From Candidatus Latescibacterota bacterium (GTDB lineage: Bacteria > Latescibacterota > UBA2968 > GCA-2709665): a stretch of 64,000 nt of DNA. A program made the translations under genes and the position numbers. A model generated the notes under the pieces. The model ran no database searches, was not told the origin of the DNA, and saw only the letters and a program-made list of their open reading frames with translations. Where the stretch lies: NCBI GenBank assembly GCA_965203805.1, contig OZ241917.1, positions 2,560,001-2,624,000 on the forward strand, given 5' to 3'. Shown here piece after piece: positions 39,304 through 49,888 of the stretch; the stretch's first letter is position 1; every line of letters starts with the position of its first letter.

Positions 39304-40776
39304 ATGAAATCTGTTATTGACCTCCGTCCGTACGTCCTCATCTTGACGGGCGTTTTCCTGTGTCTGTCCGCCCTGCCCTGTGATGCGAACCCTGCAGGCC
39401 TGCCTGCGCCGAGTTCTCTGCCTCGCCTGCTTCAGCAGGCAGGTGCTCGGCAGGCAGGCGGACCCCGGTTGACCCTCGAGGCGTGTCTGAGGCAGGCGCT
39501 GGCCAACAACCGGCAACTGGCGGCGGCCGGATTCGCCGCCGAAAAGGCAAACTGGGACCGCCGGAACGCGTGGTCGCAGTTCGCGCCGAGGGTGAGCTTC
39601 AATACGGAGGTGACGCGGATTGACGAACAGACGCTGGCCGAGCGGGACTTTTCCAGGTACTTTCCACCCGAGATCCCCGTACCGCAAGTGGCGTTCCGGA
39701 CCTCGTACTATTCGTCGTTCCAGGCGCACGTCCCCATCTTCGACGCGGAACTGATCAACGGCGTTGCCGTGGCGACCACCGGACAGTCCGCGGCCGAACG
39801 GACTCGAGAGGCCATCCGCGATCAAATCCTCTATCAGGTCACCTTCGGGTACCTGGAAGTGCTGAAACGCCGCGCGACGCTCGAACTTCAGCGGGAATTC
39901 CTCGTCCTGACCGGCCTGAACGTCAAAAAAGCCGAGAGGATGCACCTTGCGGGGAGATATTCGAAGCTGGACCTGCTGCGGTGGCAGGTGGAACACCAGC
40001 AGCAGAAGAGCAGCGTGGCCGCGGGAGAGTCCGCCTTGCGCGATGCAACGGTTCGCTTGCGCCGGCTGCTCAACCTTCGCGCGCTGGAGACGGACGCGCT
40101 GGCGGACGCCGTCCCGGACGTTCTCAACGCGGAGGCCACGCGGCTGGCGAATTTGTCTGAAGGTGACATCCGGCGGCTGGCGGGCGTGGAGAACCGGACG
40201 CTGGTTGAAGGGAACGCAGTACTCGCAGCGGCGGAACGGGACCGGGAACGCAGCCGCCTGGTCTACCGGGGGCAGGTTTCGAGTTACCTGCCCGACGTCT
40301 CTCTCAGCTATTCGACGGCCTGGCGCAGAAACGATACGCCGGCGCTGGACGACTACAGACCCTCTACGGTCATGGTCAATCTGTCGGTTCCCCTGTTTAC
40401 GGGATTCCGAAACCTCTCGCGTCTGAAGTCGGCGCAATTCAGCTATCTGGCGCAGGATTCGCACTTCTCCGATCTGGTGGACGAGACCCGGCAGTCGCTT
40501 GGCGAGACGGTCAACCGGATCGTCAATCTGAAGAACCAGCGCGAACTGATCTCGACCAGCCTTGCGTTCAATGAAAACAACTATCGGATCGTCTCCCGGG
40601 AAAAGACGCTGGGGCGGGCATCGAATCTGGACGTCATCGATGCGAAGCTGAACCTGCAGAACGCCCGGCTGCTGGAGATCACAACGCGATTCGACCTCGC
40701 CTCAACGGCGGTCGAATTTCACTACCTGATGGGCAGCCTCGACGGTCTGGTCGAGGAAATGGCGGAGTCGGAATGA
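39304..40776 (+). CDS. TolC-family outer membrane efflux protein with 20-aa palindrome-derived insert
   Basis: Signal peptide, LTLEACLRQALANN, YLPDVSL, LSVPLFTG; start may be 39292. Confidence 0.9.
   Translation: MKSVIDLRPYVLILTGVFLCLSALPCDANPAGLPAPSSLPRLLQQAGARQAGGPRLTLEACLRQALANNRQLAAAGFAAEKANWDRRNAWSQFAPRVSFNTEVTRIDEQTLAERDFSRYFPPEIPVPQVAFRTSYYSSFQAHVPIFDAELINGVAVATTGQSAAERTREAIRDQILYQVTFGYLEVLKRRATLELQREFLVLTGLNVKKAERMHLAGRYSKLDLLRWQVEHQQQKSSVAAGESALRDATVRLRRLLNLRALETDALADAVPDVLNAEATRLANLSEGDIRRLAGVENRTLVEGNAVLAAAERDRERSRLVYRGQVSSYLPDVSLSYSTAWRRNDTPALDDYRPSTVMVNLSVPLFTGFRNLSRLKSAQFSYLAQDSHFSDLVDETRQSLGETVNRIVNLKNQRELISTSLAFNENNYRIVSREKTLGRASNLDVIDAKLNLQNARLLEITTRFDLASTAVEFHYLMGSLDGLVEEMAESE
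39399..39458. repeat. 60-nt nested palindromic element, in frame in TolC
   Basis: 59/60 identical to 18179-18238. Confidence 0.92.
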
Positions 40777-41882
40777 AACACAGGAACGCAGCAGCGATTG
40801 CCGTGCTCGCGCTGGGCGCCTGCGTGCTGTCGTGCGGGCCGCGGGAGGACACCGAAACGGGCGGGTCGGCCGACCAGGGCGTGGATACGCTCCGGGCGGT
40901 CCCTGTCGAAGCCAGGGTCGTGCGCCGGGAAATCGTGGAGGAGGCGGTCGAAGTCGCGGGCGTCATTCTGCCGCACGGCGCGGTGGACGTGGTCGCCGAG
41001 ACCGGCGGGAGGCTGACGGACGTCAGGGCCGAGGTCGGCGCGCGCGTCACGGCCGGGGACACCCTGGCCGTGATCGACGACCGCGTGGCCCGGAGCCGCC
41101 TGGAACATGCCATCGCGCAGGTCCTTTCCTCGGAAAACAACCTGAATATCGCGCGACTGAATTTCGAGAGCGACCGGCAGCTTCTGGATTCCGGAGACAT
41201 TTCCAGGCTGGCGTTCGAGACGTCCCGGTTTGCCGTCAAGTCCGCGGAAGCCAGGTTGAAATCGAACCAGGCCGAACTGAGTCGCGCGCGCAAAGGGTTC
41301 GAAGACACCCGGCTGACGAGCCCGATCGACGGATGGGTATCCAGAAAGCGCGTGGAGCCCGGAGCGATGATATCCGCCGGCGCGCCGGCCTATCGGGTCG
41401 TCGATCTGACAACCATGAAGATCACGCTCGGAATCCCCCAGACGGCCATCGGCCGCATCCGGACAGGCGGCCCGGTACGCATTACCGTCGCGGCGCTGGG
41501 TCGCCGGGGGTTCGATGGTACCGTCCGCTATATCTCCCCGCAAGCCGAAGAGGAAACCGGAGCGTTTCCCGTCGAAGTCCACGTGGCCAACACGTCCGAT
41601 ACGTCGATCCGCGGGGGGATGTCGGCCCGCTGCCGTGTGATGCTGGGCGGATCGAGTCCTCAGTTCGTCGTTCCCGGCAACACGGTCCTCGCGCGAAACG
41701 GCAGGGAGCATGTCTATCGGATCCGGAAAGGCATTGCGCGCCTCACCGAGGTAACGACCCGCGAAACGTTCGGTTCGCGGGTTTCCGTGGAAACCGGGCT
41801 CGCGGAGGGAGACACGATCGTCGTCGGGGGCATGCTGCGTCTGGGCGTGGAAACCCCCGTGACGATTCGCGCCTTTCGATGA
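40773..41882 (+). CDS. RND efflux periplasmic adaptor (lipoprotein)
   Basis: Lipobox VLSC; lipoyl-like GARVTAGD and SPIDG; GLAEGD. Confidence 0.92.
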   Translation: MKHRNAAAIAVLALGACVLSCGPREDTETGGSADQGVDTLRAVPVEARVVRREIVEEAVEVAGVILPHGAVDVVAETGGRLTDVRAEVGARVTAGDTLAVIDDRVARSRLEHAIAQVLSSENNLNIARLNFESDRQLLDSGDISRLAFETSRFAVKSAEARLKSNQAELSRARKGFEDTRLTSPIDGWVSRKRVEPGAMISAGAPAYRVVDLTTMKITLGIPQTAIGRIRTGGPVRITVAALGRRGFDGTVRYISPQAEEETGAFPVEVHVANTSDTSIRGGMSARCRVMLGGSSPQFVVPGNTVLARNGREHVYRIRKGIARLTEVTTRETFGSRVSVETGLAEGDTIVVGGMLRLGVETPVTIRAFR

Positions 41883-41927
41883 GTCGAACGGACGTCGTAA
41901 GGACCCGGTTCATGAGGCATTCCTGAT

Positions 41928-44900
41928 ATGTCGATCGTGAAATTCTCGGTTCGAAACCCGGTATTGGTGAACCTGGTCATGGTGGGCCTGCTCTGCTTCG
42001 GCGGCATCAGTCTCTTCAGCATGCCGCAGGAGATGAACCCGCAGATCGACTTCAACTGGGTGACTGTCTCGATCCCGTACCCGGGCGCGAGCCCTGAAGA
42101 GGTGGAGAGCCTGATCGTCGTCCCCATCGAAGCGGAAATCCACGACCTGAACAAAATCGACGAGTTGCAGTCCACGGCAGACGCTGGCCTGGCCCTGTTC
42201 CTCGTCAAGTTCGAAGACATGTCGGAGTCCGAATTCAGGGAGGTCTACACGGACCTCAAGGGGCGCATCGACCGGGTAGAGCTCCCGGATGCGGCAGAGG
42301 ACCCTGAGGTGGACGACTTCGACAGCGGCGATTTCCTGCCCGTACTCACGGTCAACATGGCATTCACGATCCCGGAGGAAAATGCCCAGATCGTCGCCGA
42401 CGATCTCGAGGATGACCTGAAAGACATATCCGGCGTGGCCAGGGTGCAGGTTGCGGGCCTCCCCGAACGGGAAATCTGGGTCGAAGTCGATCCCTCCCGG
42501 CTGGCTGCACGCGGCCTGACGGTCCTGGACGTCGTCCGGGCGATGCAGGCGAGAAACCTGAACGTATCCGGAGGCACCCTCACCTACCGCGCGAAGGAGT
42601 ACGCCATCCGGTCCCTGGCGGAATTCCGGAGCGTGGAGGAGATTCGCGAGACAATCGTCCGGACGGCTCCCCGCGGGGAGACCGTCAGAGTCAGGGACGT
42701 CGCCAGGGTCCGGGACCGACGTGAAGAACCCCAGGTCCTCTCCAGGCTGAACGGCAAGCCGTCCATCACGTTCTCTCTATCGAAGAAAACCGACGCGAAT
42801 ACGAACGACATGATCCTGGCCGTCAAGGAGACGATCCGCAGGTACGAGGAACGCGTACCGGACGGTATCGGCTTTACCTTTACGGACGACAATTCCGTCT
42901 ACATCAACCGGGTGATCGCGGCGCTACGGAACAACGCGGTCACGGGCATGGTGCTCATTTCACTCGTGCTCTGGCTTTTCCTGGGCTCCTGGAACGCCTT
43001 TCTCGCGACGATCGGGATACCCATTTCATTCTTCATCACCTTCATTCTGCTGGGCATTTTCGGATATACCATAAACGGGAGCACGCTGTTCGCGATGGTG
43101 ATGGTACTGGGCATCATTGTGGATGACGCCATCATCGTGATCGAGAACTGCCACCGCTACCGGCTGCAGGGCCACGGCGCCGGCGAGGCCGCCGTCCTGG
43201 GCGCGGGCGAAGTGACAACGCCGATTATCAGTTCCGTAGGCACCAACATTGCCGCCTTCCTTCCCTTGATCCTTCTTCCGGGCGTGATGGGGAAGTTCAT
43301 GCGGATCATCCCGTTGACCTTCGCGCTGGCGCTGGCCGCCTCCGTGTTCGAGGCCTTCGTCCTCCTGCCTTCGCACTACGCCGAATGGACCCGGCGGTCC
43401 AACGCCCACAAAAGAGGCGAACAGCCGTTTTTCAGGAGACTCCGCAGAATCTACGGTCGAATGCTGGTCCGCACGCTGCGGCGGCGCTACTGGGTGATCG
43501 GCGCCCTGGTCGGCGTCCTCATCGGCGCCTTGATGATCCTCGGCCGGCTCCCCATCGACATCTATGCCGACGATGAACTGGACGCGTTCAAGGTGCTCAT
43601 CAAATTCCCCGAAGGAACCAGCCTGCACGAGTCGGATCGCGTCACCCGCGCCTACGAGGCCGAGGCCCTCCGGCTTTCCGAAGCGGACGTCGAAGGCGTC
43701 GTCGTGAACGTCGGTCTCCTGCAGAGCAACAACGAGTGGCTGACGCGGAAGAGCGTCTCACAGGTCCTCGTACAGCTCAAGCCCAAAGAGAAACGCGCAA
43801 GAATGTCGGACGAACTGATGGAAATGCTCCGGGAGCGCACGGAGCACATCGAGGGACCCGCTTCGGTCAGCTTCGAGCTGTTCGCCGGAGGGCCGCCCGA
43901 AGGCAAACCGATCTCCGTGAAGGTTCAGGGTCGCTATCTCGACCGGATGAAGGAAGCCGCGCTTGTGCTTCAGGACTCGCTGCGCCGGATCCCCGGCACG
44001 CTGGAAGTGACAGACGACTTCCCGCCCGGCAAGGAGACGATCCGGATCGAAGTGGATGAAGTCAGAGCGGCGCTGTACGGTTTCTCGGCGCAGGACGTGG
44101 CCCTGAACGTCCGGTACGCGTTCGACGGGGTCAGGGCCACGACGTTCAGGGATGGAGACGAAGAGGTGGGCGTCATCGTACAGTACGACAGAGCAAACCG
44201 GTCGACCGTGGAAGACGTGCTGAACGTACAGGTGACGAACGCAAGCGGGCTTACGGTCGCGCTGCGGGACATGGTCTCGTTCTCAATCGGCCCGGGACGC
44301 ACGAAGATCAAGCGCTTCGACCGGAATCGGACCATCATCGTCACCGGCGAGATCGACGAAGCCGTATTGACATTGGATCAGATCAACAACAGAATGCTCG
44401 AGATCTTTCCGTCGATCGAAGCGCAGTATTCCGACGTGAGCTTTCATATCGGCGGGGAGTTTACGGATTTCCTGGAAGCGTTCGACAACGTCGCGGCGCT
44501 GTTCGTCGTCAGCCTGATTCTGATGTTTCTGATCCTTGGAACCCAGTTCAATTCCTACGCTCAACCCCTGGTGATCCTGACTTCCGTACCCTTCGCGATC
44601 ATCGGCGCGCTGCTCGGTCTGTTGATTTCGGGCAACCCCTTCAGTCTGATTTCGATATTCGGCTTCGTCGCCCTGGCGGGAATCGTCGTCAACGACGCCA
44701 TTGTGATGGTGGCTTTCATGAACAGACGGCGACGTCCCGGCGGGTCCGTGACGAACGTCTGGCGGAGCATCGTGAACGCGGGGCGGTTGCGGCTGCGGCC
44801 GATCATCCTCACTTCGGTGACCACGATATCCGGCCTGATGCCGATGGCCATCGGCATCGGCGGAAAGTCGGCCCTCTGGTCGCCGCTGGCGAACGTCATC

Positions 44901-45017
44901 CTTTTCGGCATGCTCGTGTCCACCGTGCTGACGTTATTCGTGATACCCTGCTTCATGGCTGTCCTGGACGATATCAAACGCGTGCGAAAAAAGGCGCGGT
45001 TGCGACCTGCTGCATAA
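41928..45017 (+). CDS. RND efflux permease (AcrB/CzcA-like)
   Basis: YPGASPEEVE, GIIVDDAI, GIVVNDAI, RLRPIILT; 1029 aa. Confidence 0.95.
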   Translation: MSIVKFSVRNPVLVNLVMVGLLCFGGISLFSMPQEMNPQIDFNWVTVSIPYPGASPEEVESLIVVPIEAEIHDLNKIDELQSTADAGLALFLVKFEDMSESEFREVYTDLKGRIDRVELPDAAEDPEVDDFDSGDFLPVLTVNMAFTIPEENAQIVADDLEDDLKDISGVARVQVAGLPEREIWVEVDPSRLAARGLTVLDVVRAMQARNLNVSGGTLTYRAKEYAIRSLAEFRSVEEIRETIVRTAPRGETVRVRDVARVRDRREEPQVLSRLNGKPSITFSLSKKTDANTNDMILAVKETIRRYEERVPDGIGFTFTDDNSVYINRVIAALRNNAVTGMVLISLVLWLFLGSWNAFLATIGIPISFFITFILLGIFGYTINGSTLFAMVMVLGIIVDDAIIVIENCHRYRLQGHGAGEAAVLGAGEVTTPIISSVGTNIAAFLPLILLPGVMGKFMRIIPLTFALALAASVFEAFVLLPSHYAEWTRRSNAHKRGEQPFFRRLRRIYGRMLVRTLRRRYWVIGALVGVLIGALMILGRLPIDIYADDELDAFKVLIKFPEGTSLHESDRVTRAYEAEALRLSEADVEGVVVNVGLLQSNNEWLTRKSVSQVLVQLKPKEKRARMSDELMEMLRERTEHIEGPASVSFELFAGGPPEGKPISVKVQGRYLDRMKEAALVLQDSLRRIPGTLEVTDDFPPGKETIRIEVDEVRAALYGFSAQDVALNVRYAFDGVRATTFRDGDEEVGVIVQYDRANRSTVEDVLNVQVTNASGLTVALRDMVSFSIGPGRTKIKRFDRNRTIIVTGEIDEAVLTLDQINNRMLEIFPSIEAQYSDVSFHIGGEFTDFLEAFDNVAALFVVSLILMFLILGTQFNSYAQPLVILTSVPFAIIGALLGLLISGNPFSLISIFGFVALAGIVVNDAIVMVAFMNRRRRPGGSVTNVWRSIVNAGRLRLRPIILTSVTTISGLMPMAIGIGGKSALWSPLANVILFGMLVSTVLTLFVIPCFMAVLDDIKRVRKKARLRPAA

Positions 45018-45319
45018 TCGACCGGGGCAATCGCTCACGGTTGAACATTGGCTCGCGCTCTCGCCTTACTGTAAGGTATCGACGAAAATCGGAGGGATCG
45101 GTACAATCGAGCGCTCCACCCGGAGAAACACGGAACTATTCCAAAGCTTGTGATTCGTAGAACAACACATCCAATTGAGCTTGATTTGAAATAGCAATGT
45201 GCATTGTTGTGGAATTGTTTCTGTCCTGCTGAAACGTAGCTCGAAATAACGCCAATAGCGGAAAATTACATTGATGTAGAATCAAAAATGCGCGGCAACG
45301 ACGAAGGCGGGAGGTTCCA

Positions 45320-46315
45320 ATGAACAAACACGAATCCATACTATCAGTTCGATTCGATGGCACTGGAGTTGGCGCAGGTAGAATTCCTGTCTCTCATTTG
45401 CTACGATTTCTTTCCAATTTCAACAAGGTGCTTCATCGGACAGGCAGAGTGCTGCAGGGCGACACGGAAAGCTTGCGACGTGGCCAACCGCCTCAGCGCA
45501 TTGCATCTGAGGTTGAGCTTGAGTTGGTATCACTAACGCACGGAAGCCCAGCGGCGGTGTTGTCCTTCGATCGCGTACAGCAGCACCTCAACTTTCCAGA
45601 GATGGATTTTGGACTGCAAATCCTGGAAAGCGCCATCGGCGGACTCGAAACAGTCCAGCGGAAAAACGCCAATTACACGTTCCCGGAGGGATACGATACC
45701 GGTGTATTGATGGCTTGGCGTGACCTCGGAAAACTCTTCGGTCACGGTATCGAAAAGATCGAATTTACGTTGTCCCATTCACAGAAGCCAGTCCAGGCCT
45801 CCCTAACACCTGAAGGCGTTGCACACATCAAAGATAGGATTAAGGGACCTCAGGTAAACATCCGCGTAATCGAAGGGCGACTGTTGATGGCAGACTTCAA
45901 GGAGGACGGTACGCGATTCCGTGTGCATCCGTCAACTGGAGATCCGGTTCTTTGTCTGTTCGATGAAGAGCAAAAGGACGAAGTCTTGGAGAACATTCTG
46001 CAATACGTCCGCGTAGTTGGAGAGGCACGAGAAGATCCCGTGTCTCGAAAGATAGCGGAAATCAACATTCACGATATTGAGAGGCTGGATGAACTGCAAA
46101 ACGAAGCAACCGACCTACTGCCTCGCGGGACGCCAATTTCGCAGTCGTTTTGGAATTCGCCAACATTTCAGGAACTGGCGCGGACGCAGAACGTGCAGCC
46201 AATGGCAGACGTCAGGGTGCTGTTTGGTACCTGGCCGGACGACGAAGACGACGGCTTCGAGGCTTCAATTGACGAACTGCGACATCGTCGCGCCGAGACA
46301 GGTCCTTGGTCATGA
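45320..46315 (+). CDS. Hypothetical 331-aa partner of the PIN toxin
   Basis: RBS GGAGG; ATGA overlap with PIN gene; acidic/aromatic VapB-like tail. Confidence 0.75.
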   Translation: MNKHESILSVRFDGTGVGAGRIPVSHLLRFLSNFNKVLHRTGRVLQGDTESLRRGQPPQRIASEVELELVSLTHGSPAAVLSFDRVQQHLNFPEMDFGLQILESAIGGLETVQRKNANYTFPEGYDTGVLMAWRDLGKLFGHGIEKIEFTLSHSQKPVQASLTPEGVAHIKDRIKGPQVNIRVIEGRLLMADFKEDGTRFRVHPSTGDPVLCLFDEEQKDEVLENILQYVRVVGEAREDPVSRKIAEINIHDIERLDELQNEATDLLPRGTPISQSFWNSPTFQELARTQNVQPMADVRVLFGTWPDDEDDGFEASIDELRHRRAETGPWS

Positions 46316-46719
46316 GCGGATCCAGGGTCATTCTCGACACGAATATAGTTTCCTATCTGATGAAAGGTGGCCAGCTTGCTGCAGCATATGTGCCACATCT
46401 CCAAGGTCGGTTACTTGCAATCACTTTTGTTACTGTTGGAGAACTCTATTTCGGCGCGGAGAAACAAGGTTGGGGCGAAAAAAGACTAAGAACGCTTGAG
46501 ACCAACCTCCGTAACTTTGTGGTCATACCGTACGACTACGAGATTGCCCGGTGCTATGGCAAGGTGGTCGCGGAACGTCATCGCAAAGGACGACCGATTT
46601 CAGATAACGACGCATGGATAGCTGCCTGTACCGTAAGACATGGTATTCCATTGATTACACACAATGTAAAGGATTTTGAAAGCATTACTGCGCTTCAGTT
46701 AATCTCCGAGAATCGATAG
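46312..46719 (+). CDS. vapC: PIN domain (VapC-like) toxin
   Basis: ILDTNIVS, TVGEL, NDAWIAA, THNVKDF. Confidence 0.92.
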   Translation: MSGSRVILDTNIVSYLMKGGQLAAAYVPHLQGRLLAITFVTVGELYFGAEKQGWGEKRLRTLETNLRNFVVIPYDYEIARCYGKVVAERHRKGRPISDNDAWIAACTVRHGIPLITHNVKDFESITALQLISENR

Positions 46720-46823
46720 GCGCACTTGCGTCCTGTGTAACTTGTCGAGGGCGAACCGAGAGGCTACCGGGAGATTAACTCGCCGTTGTACGCCGACTGG
46801 CGCCTTACACAAAGGAGACTGGA

Positions 46824-47708
46824 ATGGCACTGACCGACGCGGAATTGAAACAGTACGAGGAACTTGGCGCCGTCACGATCGACAGCCCGTTCACGTCCGC
46901 GGAGCTCGACCGGGCGGAAGCCGCGTGGGACCGGCTGACGGCGAGCGGCCGGCCGCCGTACGAAGATCCCGACTATCTGGACGTCTTCCAGCATCCGTAC
47001 TTTGAAGACGTGGCAAGGAAACTGTTGCGGGCGGATGCCGTGCATCTCTGGTGGGGCGTGTCGCCCCACGGCCGTCACCCGGCCAAAGCGCCCTTTGGGA
47101 GCATCCGCGACCAGTGGGCAAGCGGATGCCACACCGACATCCAGGCCACGTGGGACGACTTCCAGGCGACGCCCCGCAGGATGCGCGCGGAGCTGTGGTT
47201 CTGGCTCAACGACGTGCCGGAGCATCGGGGGGCGATGCGCATATTGCCCGGAAGCCACCGACCCATTATGGAATACTGGAGCCGCGTCCTCACGCCGGAG
47301 CACAAGGCGATGCTGCCTCGCGTTCACGGGGTGCGTCCGAGTCCGGCCGAAGGCACGGGGTCCTATCCGGAGCATGTGCCCGACCTGACCGGTACGCCCT
47401 GGCTGGATCAGGAGCCGGCGCCTATGGTGGCCCGTCGAGGACAGATGCTGATTCTATGCAGTTCCGGCCTGCACTCGGCCTGGCAGAACGAGGATACCGC
47501 GCCCCGAAAGGCGATGCTTTCGGCATGGGCCGCCACGGGCGTTTCCTGCGGACTGCCCAAGGGCCAGCGCGACTCGCTGATGGCGTTCTTCCCCCGGCTG
47601 CGGGAGAAACTGCGCCCGGAACGGGCTCACATCGTTCCGGAAGACTTCGAATGGCTCTTCGAGAGCAACTACGAGCCGAAGTGGCCCGAGACGTTTATCG
47701 GGACATAG
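46824..47708 (+). CDS. Phytanoyl-CoA dioxygenase (PhyH) family protein
   Basis: HTD, GAMRILPGSH, LHSA motifs. Confidence 0.88.
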   Translation: MALTDAELKQYEELGAVTIDSPFTSAELDRAEAAWDRLTASGRPPYEDPDYLDVFQHPYFEDVARKLLRADAVHLWWGVSPHGRHPAKAPFGSIRDQWASGCHTDIQATWDDFQATPRRMRAELWFWLNDVPEHRGAMRILPGSHRPIMEYWSRVLTPEHKAMLPRVHGVRPSPAEGTGSYPEHVPDLTGTPWLDQEPAPMVARRGQMLILCSSGLHSAWQNEDTAPRKAMLSAWAATGVSCGLPKGQRDSLMAFFPRLREKLRPERAHIVPEDFEWLFESNYEPKWPETFIGT

Positions 47709-47914
47709 TTCAGACTCAAAAGTGCCTCGCCATTCGGCCGACGACTTATCCCGTCGCTGGGTGTTGCTTGCGCTGCTTGCACTGAGCTTGCCGAAGCGGC
47801 TTGTCGAAGTGCCATCGCTGGACGACGTTGCTCAGGTCGCTTGTTGTCGGTCACAACCCCCTTTGGAACTAACCTCTTGGGGGACAAAGGCTTTATCTCT
47901 TCCACCAACTCTCA

Positions 47915-48033
47915 TTTTCTCTTCGTCCTTTTTCTTGTACGCCCAAGAAAAAGGACCAAAAAGAACGGCGCCTGCCTGCCGAGCAGGCTTCGGCCTGTCT
48001 GCCGTTCCAACGGGACAGGCAGGCGCAGGCAGG
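47915..48033. repeat. Hairpin repeat plus 63-nt nested CCTGCCTG element (47971-48033)
   Basis: Outer 33 nt, inner 30 nt (47994-48023). Confidence 0.85.
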
Positions 48034-48257
48034 CCGCTCGGCGCGGGGCCGGTTTTTCCGTGAACCACCTCAGTGGCGCAATTGGAATTTGGTTGCCCTT
48101 TCACCGAAACCGCCCATCCCGAACGATGTTGCTGGACGGAATAGCACGGAAAAACCCCTCCCTTCACCACCGTGCGGAGCGTAGGTCGTCCGGGGAGTTC
48201 ATCCTGGTGGATTCGCGTGGATCCGCCGATTGTATTTTGCTGTATGTTTTTCGGTCA

Positions 48258-48482
48258 AGCTGACAACTGTGGGCTGATTGCTGGTTCTGCTCCCCCTCTC
48301 CCCCCGGGAGAGGGGGCCGGGGGGAGAGGTTTGCGGGGCTGAGGGTGGTTCGCTCTCGGCTGAACGCCGACCGCTGATAGCTGTTTTTCGATGGCAGGGA
48401 ATTTGGGGAAAAGGGGATTTTGAACTTGATCTTGGATTTTGGTTCAAGCTGACTGCTGATGGCTGAACGCTGATCGCTGCTT
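48258..48482. repeat. GCTGANN heptamer runs and CCCCCTCTCCC..GGGAGAGGGGG hairpin
   Basis: gctgact gctgatg gctgaac gctgatc; hairpin at 48292-48316. Confidence 0.75.
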
Positions 48483-48549
48483 TTCTCCAGCCGAATTCAA
48501 GCGAACTATCTCCGGGACAGAACACTGTGACACACTTGGAGGGAACGCC

Positions 48550-49773
48550 ATGCAACCGGTCGACCGCGATCGATTCCTGGAAGAGGGCTACCTTGTGGTC
48601 AGGGAAGCCATTCCCCGCGAGAAGCTGCAGGAAGTTCGCCGGGTCTACGAAACGCTGGTGAACCGCCAGCGGGAAAACTGGACGGCCATGCGAAAGGAAG
48701 GCGACCCGCCGGGAGGCGAGTGGGAGACGAGCCCGCAACCCCGCCTCATGCTCCAGCGGCCGCCGCTGATCCGCGGGATCGATGAAGAGACGGCGCCCGC
48801 GGTCGAGGTGTGGCTGGAGCCGAACATCCAGGGCGTCAGCTCCCGGCTTCTGGGCGTTGCGGACGCGGCGGTAACCGAAATGATGATGATGTGCAACCCG
48901 GTCCGAGACCACGGCCCGGCGAAATGGCATCGCGACCACCACCCGATCGACACCGCTCCCCTCCAGGGATATATCGACGACATCCTCGAAGGGGGACCTC
49001 GTTACGTCCAATGGAACATACCCCTTTACGACGACAGCGTCCTGGTGGTGATTCCGGGCAGCCACGTGAGGTTCAACACGACCCGGGAAAACGAGTGCCT
49101 GCTGGCCGATCCTTGCCGGCCCTTGCCGAACGGCGTCCGGACCCGCCTCGAAGCGGGCGACGGCGTTGTGTACATCCTCCCGCTTCTCCACTGGGGCAGC
49201 AATTACAGCCCCAGGTTGAGACGGACCATACACGGCGGGTTTTCCACCCACACGTCGATTGACGATCTCTCGTTCGCGGAACACCTATCGACGGGAACGG
49301 CAGCCGCGTTCGAGCGCTGGAATCAACGGAGCCTGGAGATGAAGGGTCACACGGAGGAAGCGCTCAGAGCGGTTGTCGAATGCGACGGGGAGGGGTATAA
49401 CGCGGCGTTGAACCGGCTTCATCCGGGCCGGAGCGAAAAGGGAAAGATGCTCACCACGGTCTTCCTGTGCAAGGCCGCATTGGCGATCCGACTTGCCAAA
49501 AACGCGCCGTATCCCGATGTACCCGATGAGCTCTCGCGCCGGCTTCGGGGCGCGCATCCGATCACGCTCAACTGGGGTCCGGCGTTCGCGAAACGGTTCG
49601 ACGAATCAGAGGCGGAGACGTTGTGGAAACGGTTCGAACCGCTGGACCGGTTGCTCCGATCGGATGCGGAGCATTTCGTGCCGGGATTTCAGTCCGGACC
49701 GATGCAATATCACTTCAACGAGATGCCGGAGGGTTACACGACCTCGGATTTCATCGCGGGATGGGGTTCGTGA
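48550..49773 (+). CDS. PhyH-family dioxygenase
   Basis: WHRD, IPGSH, LHWG. Confidence 0.88.
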   Translation: MQPVDRDRFLEEGYLVVREAIPREKLQEVRRVYETLVNRQRENWTAMRKEGDPPGGEWETSPQPRLMLQRPPLIRGIDEETAPAVEVWLEPNIQGVSSRLLGVADAAVTEMMMMCNPVRDHGPAKWHRDHHPIDTAPLQGYIDDILEGGPRYVQWNIPLYDDSVLVVIPGSHVRFNTTRENECLLADPCRPLPNGVRTRLEAGDGVVYILPLLHWGSNYSPRLRRTIHGGFSTHTSIDDLSFAEHLSTGTAAAFERWNQRSLEMKGHTEEALRAVVECDGEGYNAALNRLHPGRSEKGKMLTTVFLCKAALAIRLAKNAPYPDVPDELSRRLRGAHPITLNWGPAFAKRFDESEAETLWKRFEPLDRLLRSDAEHFVPGFQSGPMQYHFNEMPEGYTTSDFIAGWGS

Positions 49774-49888
49774 AGGCGGGCGGGGATGGACTCCTCGCGC
49801 CGCGTCGGACCTGTCTCGTCCGGACCAGCATTCTGTCCGGAATACAGGTCGCCTGAATTCGACCGCCAATTTGTGCGACTGGCATGGC

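Noticed and set aside
39286-41926. Long alternative-frame and antisense ORFs over tolC and the adaptor gene
   Set aside because: Shadow ORFs from high GC3
47669-48470. Short ORFs between the two PhyH genes
   Set aside because: Repeat-derived, no coding signal
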